In this document: positions 1-9,574 of the stretch, piece after piece
Layout: every line of letters begins with the position of its first letter
How positions within the stretch are numbered: the first letter of the stretch is position 1
NCBI RefSeq assembly: GCF_006345805.1
Contig: NW_021826606.1
Coordinates: forward strand, 1-12,132
From: Octopus sinensis
Lineage: Eukaryota
Reading direction: 5' to 3'
Length of the DNA: 12,132 nt
Program-made: the position numbers and the translations under genes
Notes under the pieces: model-generated
What the model was told of the DNA's origin: nothing
Seen by the model: the letters and a program-made list of their open reading frames with translations, nothing else
The model's database searches: none

Positions 1-114
1 AAAACTATCGTTGCAGTGGTCATTGCTGGATTGTCTGTTTTACTTAAATAGCGTAGGGTTAAACAAAAGCCAGTCTAGCACAATTACTACTGTTACTTGT
101 ACAACCGTTGTCGT

Positions 115-138
115 AGTTGATGTTGTTGTTGTTGTTGT

Positions 139-196
<58 letters not shown>

Positions 197-460
197 GGCG
201 GTGGTGGTGGTGGTGGTGGTGACATCGTCGGTGTTATTGTAGGAAAGTGGCACTGAAGAATACAGGATATGGTTAGAGAGACCCACTGCAGCATCAAAAA
301 ACAGCCGCCGGCAGGGGGCGCTATTTCAGTTAATGGCGTTCTTGGCAAGTGGGGAAAGAAGAGGCAAGAAAGGAGGACGAGGAAAGAAAGAAGAAGAAGA
401 AGAGAAGAAGAAGAAGAAGAAGAAGAGAAGAAGAAGAAGAAGGAGAAAGAGGGGAGGAGA
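115..460. repeat. Compound trinucleotide microsatellites (GTT)n-(GAT)n-(GGT)n and (GAA)n
   Basis: Directly visible runs at about 115-221 and 385-460. They explain the poly-V/D/G/E/K ORFs. Confidence 0.95.
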
Positions 461-543
461 GAGGAGCGGAGGAATGATTCCCAGTTAAAGAGTCAGTCAA
501 GAACCACGTTTATGCGAAAGAATACGTATAAAATCCACCACCA

Positions 544-548
<5 letters not shown>

Positions 549-575
<27 letters not shown>

Positions 576-840
576 CATGAACATACATATACATATATGA
601 ATAGACATATATGTTTACTTACGTACATACATACATACATACATATGTACGTACATACATCTATACGTACATACATACATATGTAGGTACATACATACAT
701 ACACATACATACACAGACACACACAGACACACTATAACACGTGTTCACATATTATGTTCAAATTAACAATGAACCTATTCAGTAATCTATACGACTGTTT
801 GACAGACTATCTCCCTATCAACCCACCTACCAACCTATCC

Positions 841-937
<97 letters not shown>
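549..937. repeat. (GT)n, (ACAT)n and (TCTA)n microsatellites
   Basis: Directly visible. (TCTA)n at about 835-937 ends at the TA preceding the mariner end. Confidence 0.95.
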
Positions 938-939
<2 letters not shown>

Positions 940-2050
940 AGGTCATCCTATAAGTTCAGTCCCATTTTACCTTTTTTTTAAAATTGAATGAAATTTAATA
1001 GTATTTTAGAATCTCTAATAGGATTTTAAAAAATGTTATGCATTTGTTTAAATTTAAACTAATTAAATATTATTTTACAGAATAATAGAATTAAAATTTC
1101 TTTGATTAAAACCCTTTCTAACATGGTAGTATCCAAAGCGCATTTAAGGTACCTAATGCTTTATGAGTACAAAAAAGGAAACTCTGCAGCTGAAGCGACT
1201 CAAAACATACACTCAGTTTACGGGAAAGAATGCTTGAATGAAAGAACTTGCAGAAGATGGTTTGCAAAATTCAGAAGTGAAGATTTCAGCCTTGAACATG
1301 AAGATCGAACAGGGCGTCCAGTTGAGTTTGATGATAAGCTCCTTGAGGCATTACTTGAAGAAAATCCTGTATTATCAGTTGAAGAATTGGCAATAAAGCT
1401 TAGTTCAAACCATACAACTGTTCATCGTCATCTTCAACAACTTGGAAAGGTTCCTAAACTTGGAAAATGTGTGCCTCATGAATTGTCCGAAAGCAACTGC
1501 AAATCCCAAGCTGACATTTGCTCTTCTCTCCATTCTCGTGAACTCATTTCACCCTTTTTGGATAGACTTGTGACTGGTGACGAAAAATGGATCTTCTAGC
1601 GAAATGTTAAACGTCATAAACAGTAGCTCGGTAAAAGGGGAAAAGCCCAACCACAACTGGGAAGGAAACTTCATGGGGAATAGGTTCTTCTCTCTATCTG
1701 GTGGGATTGCAAAGGAGTAATTCACTTTGAATTGTTACCACCTAATGCAACAATCAATGCTCAAGTCTACTGTCAGCAATTAGAGCGTTTGAACCAAGCT
1801 TCGAAGAAAAAAGGACCCGCTTTAGTGAATCGAAACGGAGTGATATTTCATCAGGACAATGCGCGATCCCACACTGCAAAGATCAGATCACAGAAGATCG
1901 AAGAGCTTCGTTGGGAAAAAATTCCTCATCCACTTTTTTCTTCCGACCTTGTTCCTTCAGACTACCATTTGTTTCGTAGTTTACAGAATCATTTGGGGGA
2001 CATAATTTTCGCAAGCCAGGAGGAGGTCGAAACCGACATTTCAGAGTTCT
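938..2050 (+). mobile_element. Mariner (Tc1/mariner DD34D) DNA transposon, 3'-truncated
   Basis: TA (936-937) is followed by the mariner-type end TCAGGTCATCCTATAAGTTCAGTCCC, an AT-rich leader and the transposase. Homology stops near ETDISEF (about 2050). No matching right TIR is seen in the window. Confidence 0.92.
1123..2050 (+). pseudogene. Mariner transposase pseudogene (single frame, three in-frame TAG stops)
   Basis: ATG at 1123. HTH region (RRWFAKFRSEDFSLE..RTGRP), CVPHEL (=WVPHEL), TGDEKW, IWWD, HQDNA and FSSDLVPSDYHLF (=YSPDLAPSDY) are present, with 34 residues between catalytic D2 and D3. Stops at 1597, 1624 and 1681. ORFs 1102..1599 and 1732..2295 are the same frame. Confidence 0.95.
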
Positions 2051-2543
2051 GCTGGGGCATCCATTCTAATTCACAGATTTGCTGGAGCATCCACTCTGAT
2101 TCATGGGGCTTGCACCTGCTGATAGCCATCTCTGCCCCGATAGCGATGAACAGTGATATGGTCCGGGGGTTGGGCGAGAACGCCGGAGGTTTCCACTGCT
2201 CCAGGTTCGATCATAAACAAACCTGTCAGAGAGCGACCGATACTTTGGCAGTTTACCATTTTCGGCTTGAGGAGCAGCGGAGCCTGGGCTGGTAGCTGAC
2301 AACACCAAGGTGCCACTGGAGAAGCATCCCAGATGAGGGGCCTACCACCATTGTTTATCTTTTTACTCTCTTCTTTTTTTAAAACTGAGTTTTTTGTTTT
2401 TATTCTGTTGTGTTTGATCTTTTCCCTAACATTTCTACCATTTTTTGTTTCAGATATGAACTGTAGATTCTACGTTGATGATTGTGATGTTAAATGCTTT
2501 GTGTTGTAATGTCTCTGTTGGTGAAAGTGGTGTTGCTGAATGT

Positions 2544-2934
2544 GGATGGATGGAGGCACTCCGTCGGTTACGACGACGAGGGTTCCGGTTGATCCGATCA
2601 ACGGAACAGCCTGCTCGTGAAATTAACGTGTAAGTGGCTGACCACTCCACAGACACGTGTACCCTTAACGTAGTTCTCGGGGATATTCAGCGTGACACAG
2701 AGAGTGAATAGGCCGGCCCTTTGAAATACAGGTACAACAGAAACAGGAAGTAAGAGTGAGAGAAAGTTGTGGTGAAAGAGTACAGCAAGGATCACCACCA
2801 TCCTCTGCCGGAGCCTCGTGGAGCTTTAGATGTTTTCGCTCAATAAACACTCACAACGCCCGGTCTGGGAATCGAAACCGCGATCCTACGACCGCGAGTC
2901 CGCTGCCCTAACCACTGGGCCATTGCGCCACCAC
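2544..2934 (-). mobile_element. Full-length tRNA-derived SINE with 11-bp TSD
   Basis: Minus strand A box TGGCCCAGTGG (2922-2912), B box GGTTTCGATTCC (2879-2868) and a (TCCA)n tail. Exact flanking direct repeat TTGCTGAATGT at 2533-2543 and 2935-2945. Confidence 0.93.
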
Positions 2935-3105
2935 TTGCTGAATGTATTGTACTGTAATACCCATGATGATGATTGCGGTGTTGTTGACAGTCGTTAACCC
3001 TTATTCAGTCGTGTCTAGGAGGAGTCATTATACCAATATCATTAACACACGCACTGGTTCAATTCCACTTCTTTATCATTAGCCAACTAGTTAAATAGCC
3101 ATATA

Positions 3106-3875
3106 CAGGGTGCGATGGGTCAATTATCGCCATTTATATTTTTAATTTCACGCATGCTTATTGTTTGTTTTTAATTTTGTCAACTACACAGTATAGCAGG
3201 GTCAGTTGGGCACCGTCTGTGAAACAAACAGAATCACGTAATTTACTCTGCCAGAAATTTAGAAACGACATACTGTACTGCTTGGCATTCGTGCCGAATC
3301 TCCAATACGAACATTTCAGAGTGTTTGTGTATCAAGCTGAGGACAGTGCAAAGGATTCGGAAAGAGTTGGATGAGTATAATGTGATTATGAAGTACGGCA
3401 GGTCGGACAACTCACTCTAATTGTACTGATAAGAAAAGAACTCCTGACTTTGTTGGTGAGATCCAGGCCATGGTTGACAATGATCCCTCCAAGTTAATCA
3501 GGTCCATCGCCAGGGACATGGGAGTGTATGAGTTTCTTATGAGGTACGTAGTGCATAAAGAAATTCGGCATTCCTCATACAAAATGAGAAAGGGCCAGTC
3601 TCTATCTCAAGCCATCAAGGACAAGAGAAAAGACCATACTATGAGGCTTTTGAACAAACTCAAGCATCCCCTACAACCGAAAATGCTTTGGCTTTTTCTC
3701 AGATGAGAAAAATTTCTGCCGGGATCAGATGGTGAACACAGAGAACAACCATTGGCTTGCCTTGTCTCCAAAACATGTATCGAGCGTGATAGAAATCAAA
3801 CATCCAGTCAACATAATGGTGTTTGGAATGATCACCACTGATGGTGACATTATGCCTCCATGCATCTTCCCACAC
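3106..3875 (+). mobile_element. maT/DD37D-like (Tc1/mariner superfamily) transposon, degenerate and 3'-truncated
   Basis: TA plus CAGGGTG end at 3104-3112. Frameshifted transposase: HTH (DNDPSKLIRSIARDMGV), SYKMRKGQ.LS, then after a frameshift at about 3695 FSDEKNF..DQMVNTENN.W...KHPVNIMVFGMITTDGDIMPP.IFP. D2 and D3 are missing, so the DD37D assignment rests on end and motif similarity only. Confidence 0.82.
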
Positions 3876-3966
3876 GTAACTTAGCGATTCGGCAAAAAAG
3901 ATTTGCTCGACTAAAGGCGGTGCTCCAGCATGGCCGCAGTCAAATAACTAAAACAAGTAAAAGAGT
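3873..3966 (+). mobile_element. 3' fragment of a SINE-like interspersed repeat
   Basis: Abrupt switch from transposase to ...GATTTGCTCGACTAAAGGCGGTGCTCCAGCATGGCCGCAGTCAAATAACTAAAACAAGTAAAAGA, running into an A-rich microsatellite. Recognised from memory as an octopus SINE tail. Confidence 0.6.
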
Positions 3967-4346
3967 AATAACAATAATAATAATGATAATAACAATAATA
4001 ATAGTAATAATAATAATAATATACTAATAATAATATAATAATAATAATAATAATAATATCTATAATGATAATAATGATGATTAATGATGATAATAATAAT
4101 AATATAATAATAATCAATAATAATAAAAGAAGAATGATAACAATAATAATAATAATATAATAATAATAATATAATATAATATAATAATAATAATAATGAG
4201 AATTAATAATAATGATAATAATGATGAAATAATAATAATAATAATAATAATAATACTATAATATAATAAGAAGAAAGAAGAAAAGAAGAAGAAGAAGAAG
4301 AAGATGTATATAAAACTAATAATATAATAATGATAATAACATAATA

Positions 4347-4390
<44 letters not shown>

Positions 4391-4441
4391 TAATAATAAT
4401 AATAATGATAATAATAATAATTGTAATAAAAATAATAATAA
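3966..4441. repeat. Long degenerate (AAT)n microsatellite with an internal (AAG)n block
   Basis: Directly visible. Confidence 0.95.
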
Positions 4442-4854
4442 GTGTTTACAGAATACTCTGCCGCTTACATTGTAATTCAACGAGTCTGTAGTTCCGTTTA
4501 TACAACAATTAGAACATTTAACATGAAAAAACCGACAGAATATTTATTTACTTTGCCACCAGCTACCAGCACCACCCCTACGTCTCTCTCTCTCTCTCCA
4601 TCGCCACCCGTTAACCTCCACGACCCATGATCCTCCACAACACTTCACGCCTGGTTAAATAAAAGAAAATGCTACGCTTCCTTGCTAATATGGCTTTGAT
4701 ATTATCCAAAGTGATATAAAAGTTGATATTTTCACAGCAAACAAGATAAATGTTTTGACCTGACAAACCGTTTAGTCAAATAAATTTCAGGTTTTGTAAG
4801 TCGCCTTCTTGTAATTCTTTTTTCACTATAGCATTGGTTTTGTTGTGGTTGCTG

Positions 4855-4858
4855 TTGC

Positions 4859-4895
<37 letters not shown>

Positions 4896-5150
4896 ATTAT
4901 TATTATTATTATTATAGTAAGAATAGCCGTTTTATTCCCCACCCTTCCTTTTACTAAACCACAAAACCTTTTCAACCGATGTATCTAGTGGTTCCCTCTA
5001 TTTCTATCTATCTATCTATCTATTTATCTTCCATCCTCTCTTTCTGTTTTTATCAATCTCTGTCTCTCTGTCTCTCTGTCTCTCTGTCTCTCTGTCTCTC
5101 TGTCTCTCTCTTTCTTTCTTTCTTTCTTTCCTTTCTCTCGTTCTCTTTCT
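4855..5150. repeat. (ATT)n, (TCTA)n, (CT/CTGT)n and (TCTT)n simple repeats
   Basis: Directly visible at about 4855-4915 and 5000-5150. Confidence 0.9.
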
Positions 5151-5435
5151 CTGCCTACGGAAAATAAAACACTGAGGCGACAACACTTTCAGCCATTTGT
5201 TTGCTTAAATTTAGCGGCAGAAAATCAAGCAGAATAAAACTGGAGACGGAAGTGAAAATAAACAATATGTCGGACAACATCTCGCTTCTGTCTTGAGATA
5301 TTAATGCGTGCGTGCGCGCGTAATTGTACGTGTTTGTGTGTGTGCGTCTGCGATGTATGTTCGTAAGTGCATGTATGTGTATATACGTTCACATAAACAC
5401 ATATATCTATTATGCATATATACATACGTTGTAAA

Positions 5436-5750
5436 GTACATACGTGGCTTAGTGCTTAGGATATTCGGCCCACAATCGTAAGGTCGTGAGTTCGATTCCT
5501 GGAGACGCGTTCTGTCCTTGAGCAAGAGACTTTATTTCCCATTGCTCTAATCCATTCAGCTGGCAAAAACGAGTTATACCAGTAATTCAAAGGGGACCAA
5601 CCTTGTTACATTTTGTGTCACGTTCAATCTCCCTGAGAACAACATTGAGGATTACGCGTGGCTGCGGAGTACTCAGCCACTTGCACGTTCATTTCCCGAG
5701 TAGGCTGTTCCATTGATCGGATCAACTAGAACACTCGTTGTAACAACCAG
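5436..5750 (+). mobile_element. tRNA-derived CORE-type SINE, older copy
   Basis: A box TGGCTTAGTGC (5445-5455), B box GAGTTCGATTCC (5488-5499) and CORE-like GTCCTTGAGCAAGAGACTT. The 3' part (about 5578-5741) aligns with the reverse complement of about 2575-2735. Confidence 0.87.
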
Positions 5751-5761
5751 AATACCAGAAT

Positions 5762-5936
5762 ATGTGCAGTATATGCGATGCCTGATCAATACGTATCTCG
5801 ACTATTGCCATAGTAACGAAGCTAAAGCACGCAGAATGGCCATTTTGTACCAAGCGGTTTCATTCTGCGTGCTTTCGCTTCGTTACTATGGCAACTGTGC
5901 GAATACTTCTTCAACAGGCTTCGAATATATGCGCAT
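5762..5936. repeat. Long inverted repeat/foldback (MITE-like or hairpin RNA)
   Basis: Inner arms 5805-5838 and 5861-5894 are complementary at 33/34. Outer arms extend imperfectly (20/26 over about 5771-5796 vs 5903-5928). The spacer is 22 nt. Confidence 0.92.
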
Positions 5937-6065
5937 GTGAATTTATGTATATATATATATAGATATATATTATATATATATATATATACTATATATATAT
6001 ATATATATATACCATGTGTGTGTGTGTATGTATATACAGAGATATATTCACACGCACATATATTT

Positions 6066-6272
6066 GTTTCTTTATTACCCACATAGAGGGGACAAACAAG
6101 GACAGACAAACGAATTAAGTCAATTACATCGACCCCAGTGCGTAACTGGTACTTAATTTATCGACCTCGAAAGGATGAAAGGCAAAGTCGACCTCGGCAG
6201 AATTTGGACCCAGAATGTAACGGCAGACGAAATACCGCTAAGCATTTCTTCCGGCGTGCTAACGTTTCTGCC
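6066..6272 (-). mobile_element. SINE of the same family as 11594-12012
   Basis: The reverse complement GGCAGAAACGTTAGCACGCCGG...GAGGTCGACTTTGCCTTTCATCCTTTCG...CACTGGGGTCGATGTAATTGACTTAA...GTGGGTAATAAAGAAA aligns end to end with the + strand copies at 11594-12012. Confidence 0.92.
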
Positions 6273-6489
6273 GAAGCGTGAACAAGAAGTATTCGCATAT
6301 ATATATATATATTATCATAAGAGATATAAGAAGGAATTTTATTCCGAAGTATCATATCAGACTCTGGATGACTAAATTACAACAGGTATATAGGCCATTG
6401 TCTGTATTATAGAGCATTGTTGTACCATTCAAAAACCTTTTATTCTTTACAAACAATACACAATGCTTCAGCGAACTACAATACTCTCA

Positions 6490-6573
6490 TATACACATAT
6501 ACATGCAATATATATATATATATATATAGATATATATATATATATAATATATATATAATATATATATATATAT

Positions 6574-6607
<34 letters not shown>

Positions 6608-7058
6608 GCATACATATATACTTAAGTATGTATGACCATGTATGTACATGTATTTGTGTGTGCAGGAGTGAATTGACACAGTGTTTAACGCTATGTTCTT
6701 TTCGGTACGCTACGCTCTACGTTTGATAAATATAGACCAACTCAGGGGGAGGGGCAGGGAGATGGCAGGATTTTTAGACTGCCATATAGGACTGCCTTGT
6801 CTCTTTTTACTGGTGATAATTCTATCTCGGGTTTCAGTTGTTGCCGCCGTCCAGATCGATCACGTGACTACGATCGATCATGAAAGCTGCAATGGGTGCA
6901 GGAGGAGGAGGAGGAGGAAAATGAGGGTAGCCGTCTGTAACCGAATGACTATGGTCATAATGAGGGGGACGATGACGACGACAATGGCGACGACGATAAC
7001 GATGCCAACAATAATAACAGTGGCGACAACAGTGACGATGAAAATAGTGATGACGAAT

Positions 7059-7095
<37 letters not shown>

Positions 7096-7223
7096 CGATG
7101 ATGACGACGATGATGATGATGATGACGACGACGATGATGATGATGACGATGATGATGATGATGACGATGATGATGATGATGACGATGATGATGATGATGA
7201 TGATGACGACGACGATGATGATA

Positions 7224-7260
<37 letters not shown>

Positions 7261-7450
7261 CGACGACGACGACGACGATGATGATGATGATGATGATAAT
7301 GATGATGAAGATGATGAAGATGATATGCGTATGTTCGTCAGCGTACGTGCTTTTAAACATGGCTGAGTCTGTGTGAACATGATTGTGTGTACCTATGTAT
7401 TTATGTGTGTGTATATGTATGTATGTGTGTGTGTGTGTGTGTGTGTACGT
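6490..7450. repeat. (TA)n tract, long (GAT/GAC)n tract and (GT)n tract
   Basis: (TA)n at about 6490-6620, (GAT/GAC)n at about 6970-7325 and (GT)n at about 7405-7445. A short unique stretch (about 6670-6890) lies between them. Confidence 0.9.
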
Positions 7451-7634
7451 GTCAGGCACCGCTCGTCAAGACAAAGTTTAATTTCGTCTGATGTCTTCAG
7501 TTTCAATAGAAACTCAGCCATTTTTGTTCTGTCTGCTGATATCTGACCTCAAATGTCTTGACTAATCCATGTCAAAGTTCACACATGTCATTATATACAT
7601 TATTTACAATTGACGGATATTTGTCCTCATCTTG

Positions 7635-7676
7635 TTCCTTGTTCGGCTGATATAACCTCCAGCCTTCATCAGGTGT
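7635..7676 (-). ncRNA. Degenerate type I hammerhead ribozyme (PLE-associated)
   Basis: ACAC-CTGATGA-A-GGCTG(gaggttatat)CAGCC-GAA. The core box, stem II and GAA are present, but the GAAA/stem III/NUH part appears deleted. Confidence 0.72.
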
Positions 7677-7771
7677 CTTAGGGAAATTGATTATTATTAT
7701 TATTATTATTATTATCATCATCATCATCATCATCATCATTATCATCATCATCATTATTATTATTATTATTC

Positions 7772-7845
7772 TGGTCACTGCCTGGAATCGAACTCGGAAT
7801 CTTAGGTTTAGTATCCCCTGCTCTTAACCACTACACCATATGCCC
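7772..7845 (-). ncRNA. tRNA-like Pol III cassette (pseudo-tRNA) in the PLE 3' region
   Basis: 74 nt GGGCATA..GTGACCA with A box TGGTGTAGTGG and B box GAGTTCGATTCC. The acceptor stem is partial and the T-stem is mispaired, so it is not a functional tRNA. Confidence 0.8.
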
Positions 7846-7903
7846 GTGGACAATTATGGCAATTATGGAGTGAATTTTTAGGGCTTATAAATCTAATATT
7901 CTC

Positions 7904-8771
7904 CTATCTTTCCTTCATATCCGCACCCGGTCTGCTTAGGAGGTTGTTGTGTCCTAGCATACGTGCTGCTTCTTTTAGTTTTCGTATTTTCCAATGGTGT
8001 TCTCTGTCTATTACTTTAACTTCATCCCACAGGGGGAGAAGATCTCCATTTTTCCATACATGATCATTCCTTCATGGTGGGTATCACGATCGCTACTTAT
8101 ATTCATTGCTCGATGTTTTAGGCCCTGAGCAATCCCTCTCTTTACACTGTATGGATGGTGGGAGTTGAAGTTGAGGTATCGTCCAGTGAAGGTCGGCTTG
8201 CGGTATACGGATGTCCTGCATCCATACTTGGTGCTTGTTATTAATACGTCTAGGAATGCTAGCTGATTGTCTTTTTCTTTTTCCCTTGTCTACTGTATGG
8301 ATGGCTTTATTGAGTTCACATGATCTAACAACACTTGGACATCTTCCTGGTGGGGCCAGAGTATGAAGGTGTCATCAACATATCGCAGCCATAGGGTTGG
8401 TTTTAGTGGTATTGATCCTAAAGCCAAATTCTCAAAGTATTCCATGTATATATTGGCTATTATCGGTGATAATGGCAAACCCATAGCTAAACCCTCTTCC
8501 TGTCGATATATATCAATGTCCATACTGAAGTACGCAGTTTCTACGCAGAAGGTCAACATTTCCATCAAGTTTCTTATTGGTATACTAGTGCGTTCTTTTA
8601 GTTTTTCTTGAATCGCCGATAGTGCTTCACCAGTTGGGACTTTGGTGAACAGACTTATCTCATCTAGACTCACCATCTGGTTGGATTCAATGGGGGTATC
8701 CTTGATCAATTCTGTGAAGAGGGTGGAATTCTTCACGTTCGATGTTGAGACTTTCCTGCTAATGGACTGAT
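7904..8771 (-). pseudogene. PLE reverse transcriptase/GIY-YIG endonuclease pseudogene
   Basis: VKNS..MVSLDEISLFTKVP..YRQEEGLAMGLPLSPIIANIYME..WLRYVDDTF. After the TAG at 8290 the same frame continues ..LAFLDVLI..TSVYRKPTFTGRYLNFNSHHPYSVKRG. At about 8063 it jumps frame to DHVWKNGD..PLWDEVKVIDREHHWKIRKLKEAARM, the distal half of the GIY-YIG domain. Confidence 0.93.
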
Positions 8772-8927
8772 TATATATGATGGGCTTCTTTCAGTCTCCC
8801 TCAACCAAATCTACTAACAAGGCTTTGGTCGGTCCGAGGCTATAGTAGAAGAGACTTGCCCAAGGTACCACGCAGTGGGACTGAACCCGGAACCGTGTGG
8901 TATAGAAGCAAGCTTATTATCACACAC
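8772..8927 (-). mobile_element. tRNA-derived CORE-type SINE (third family)
   Basis: Minus strand GGGTTCAGTCCC (B-box-like) followed by GGTACCTTGGGCAAGTCTCTT (CORE-like). Homologous to 10571-10678. Confidence 0.85.
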
Positions 8928-9505
8928 AGACGCGCGCGTACACACACATTCACACACACAGACACTCACACACATATACACTCACACACGCAATGCAGCC
9001 AAATCGCCCTCAAATTATGCAGTAGCATCTTAAAAAAAATATTAGATAAATTAGTTGAGTGCTAGAAGGAAAAAAAAAGATGGGATGATCGAGGCTGGAA
9101 TGTCTTGGATCACGTAAGTCTGCTGGCGCCGGACTGACCCAGGGTTAAATAGCAATAATGAAATGCAGCACTGGAATGTGAACCAACCATCTATTGGTTC
9201 GCAACGAACAGATTGTGAATCTCTATTCGAACTGAACTTATATCAGCCTCCACTCAACCGCTATTGTATGGGGTGGGGGTGGGGGGGTGCCCGAGGGTAA
9301 GAAACTGCTATGTATGGGGGTGACCAAGAAGACTGTATATGGATGATGGAATGGCTAGAAATTGTAGTCAATCCCAGAATTTTCTTTAAAAGAGGAAGAG
9401 CGCATTGTATAATAATAGTCTCAGGTGTAAAAAAGAAAAAAGACGAGATGGTCAGATTTGGAACACACTAAGTTACAGATACGGCATCCTCCAATCAGAG
9501 CTTCC

Positions 9506-9538
9506 ACAACAACAACAACAACAACAACAAACAACAAG

Positions 9539-9574
<36 letters not shown>

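Larger units (their letters stand above)
7590..8771 (-). mobile_element. Penelope-like retroelement (PLE), 5'-truncated and internally deleted
   Basis: On the minus strand: PLE-type RT, then the C-terminal GIY-YIG remnant, then a 3' non-coding region with a hammerhead core. This is the canonical PLE order. Confidence 0.9.

Noticed and set aside
11-981. Overlapping ORFs with poly-D/G/P/S/E/K and (IYLS)n
   Set aside because: These are translations of microsatellites, open in several frames with no domain.
1123-2050. Domesticated SETMAR-like gene
   Set aside because: No SET domain, TIR still present, in-frame stops and a truncated C-terminus.
6681-7459. 231-aa poly-Met ORF and its antisense ORFs
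   Set aside because: Open only because (GAT)n lacks stops in those frames.
7480-7505. CTGAAGA..GAAA on the minus strand as a hammerhead
   Set aside because: No convincing stem II or stem I pairing.
7772-7845. Functional tRNA gene
   Set aside because: The acceptor, T and anticodon stems are mispaired. Kept only as a tRNA-like cassette.
8877-8886. GGGACTGAAC as the mariner right TIR
   Set aside because: Only a 10-nt match, lying within a SINE B-box region, and it does not extend.
8985-9220. Probable old repeat fragments (short inverted similarity to about 10393-10414; B-box-like relic at about 9172-9185)
   Set aside because: Too degenerate to define boundaries or family without a search.
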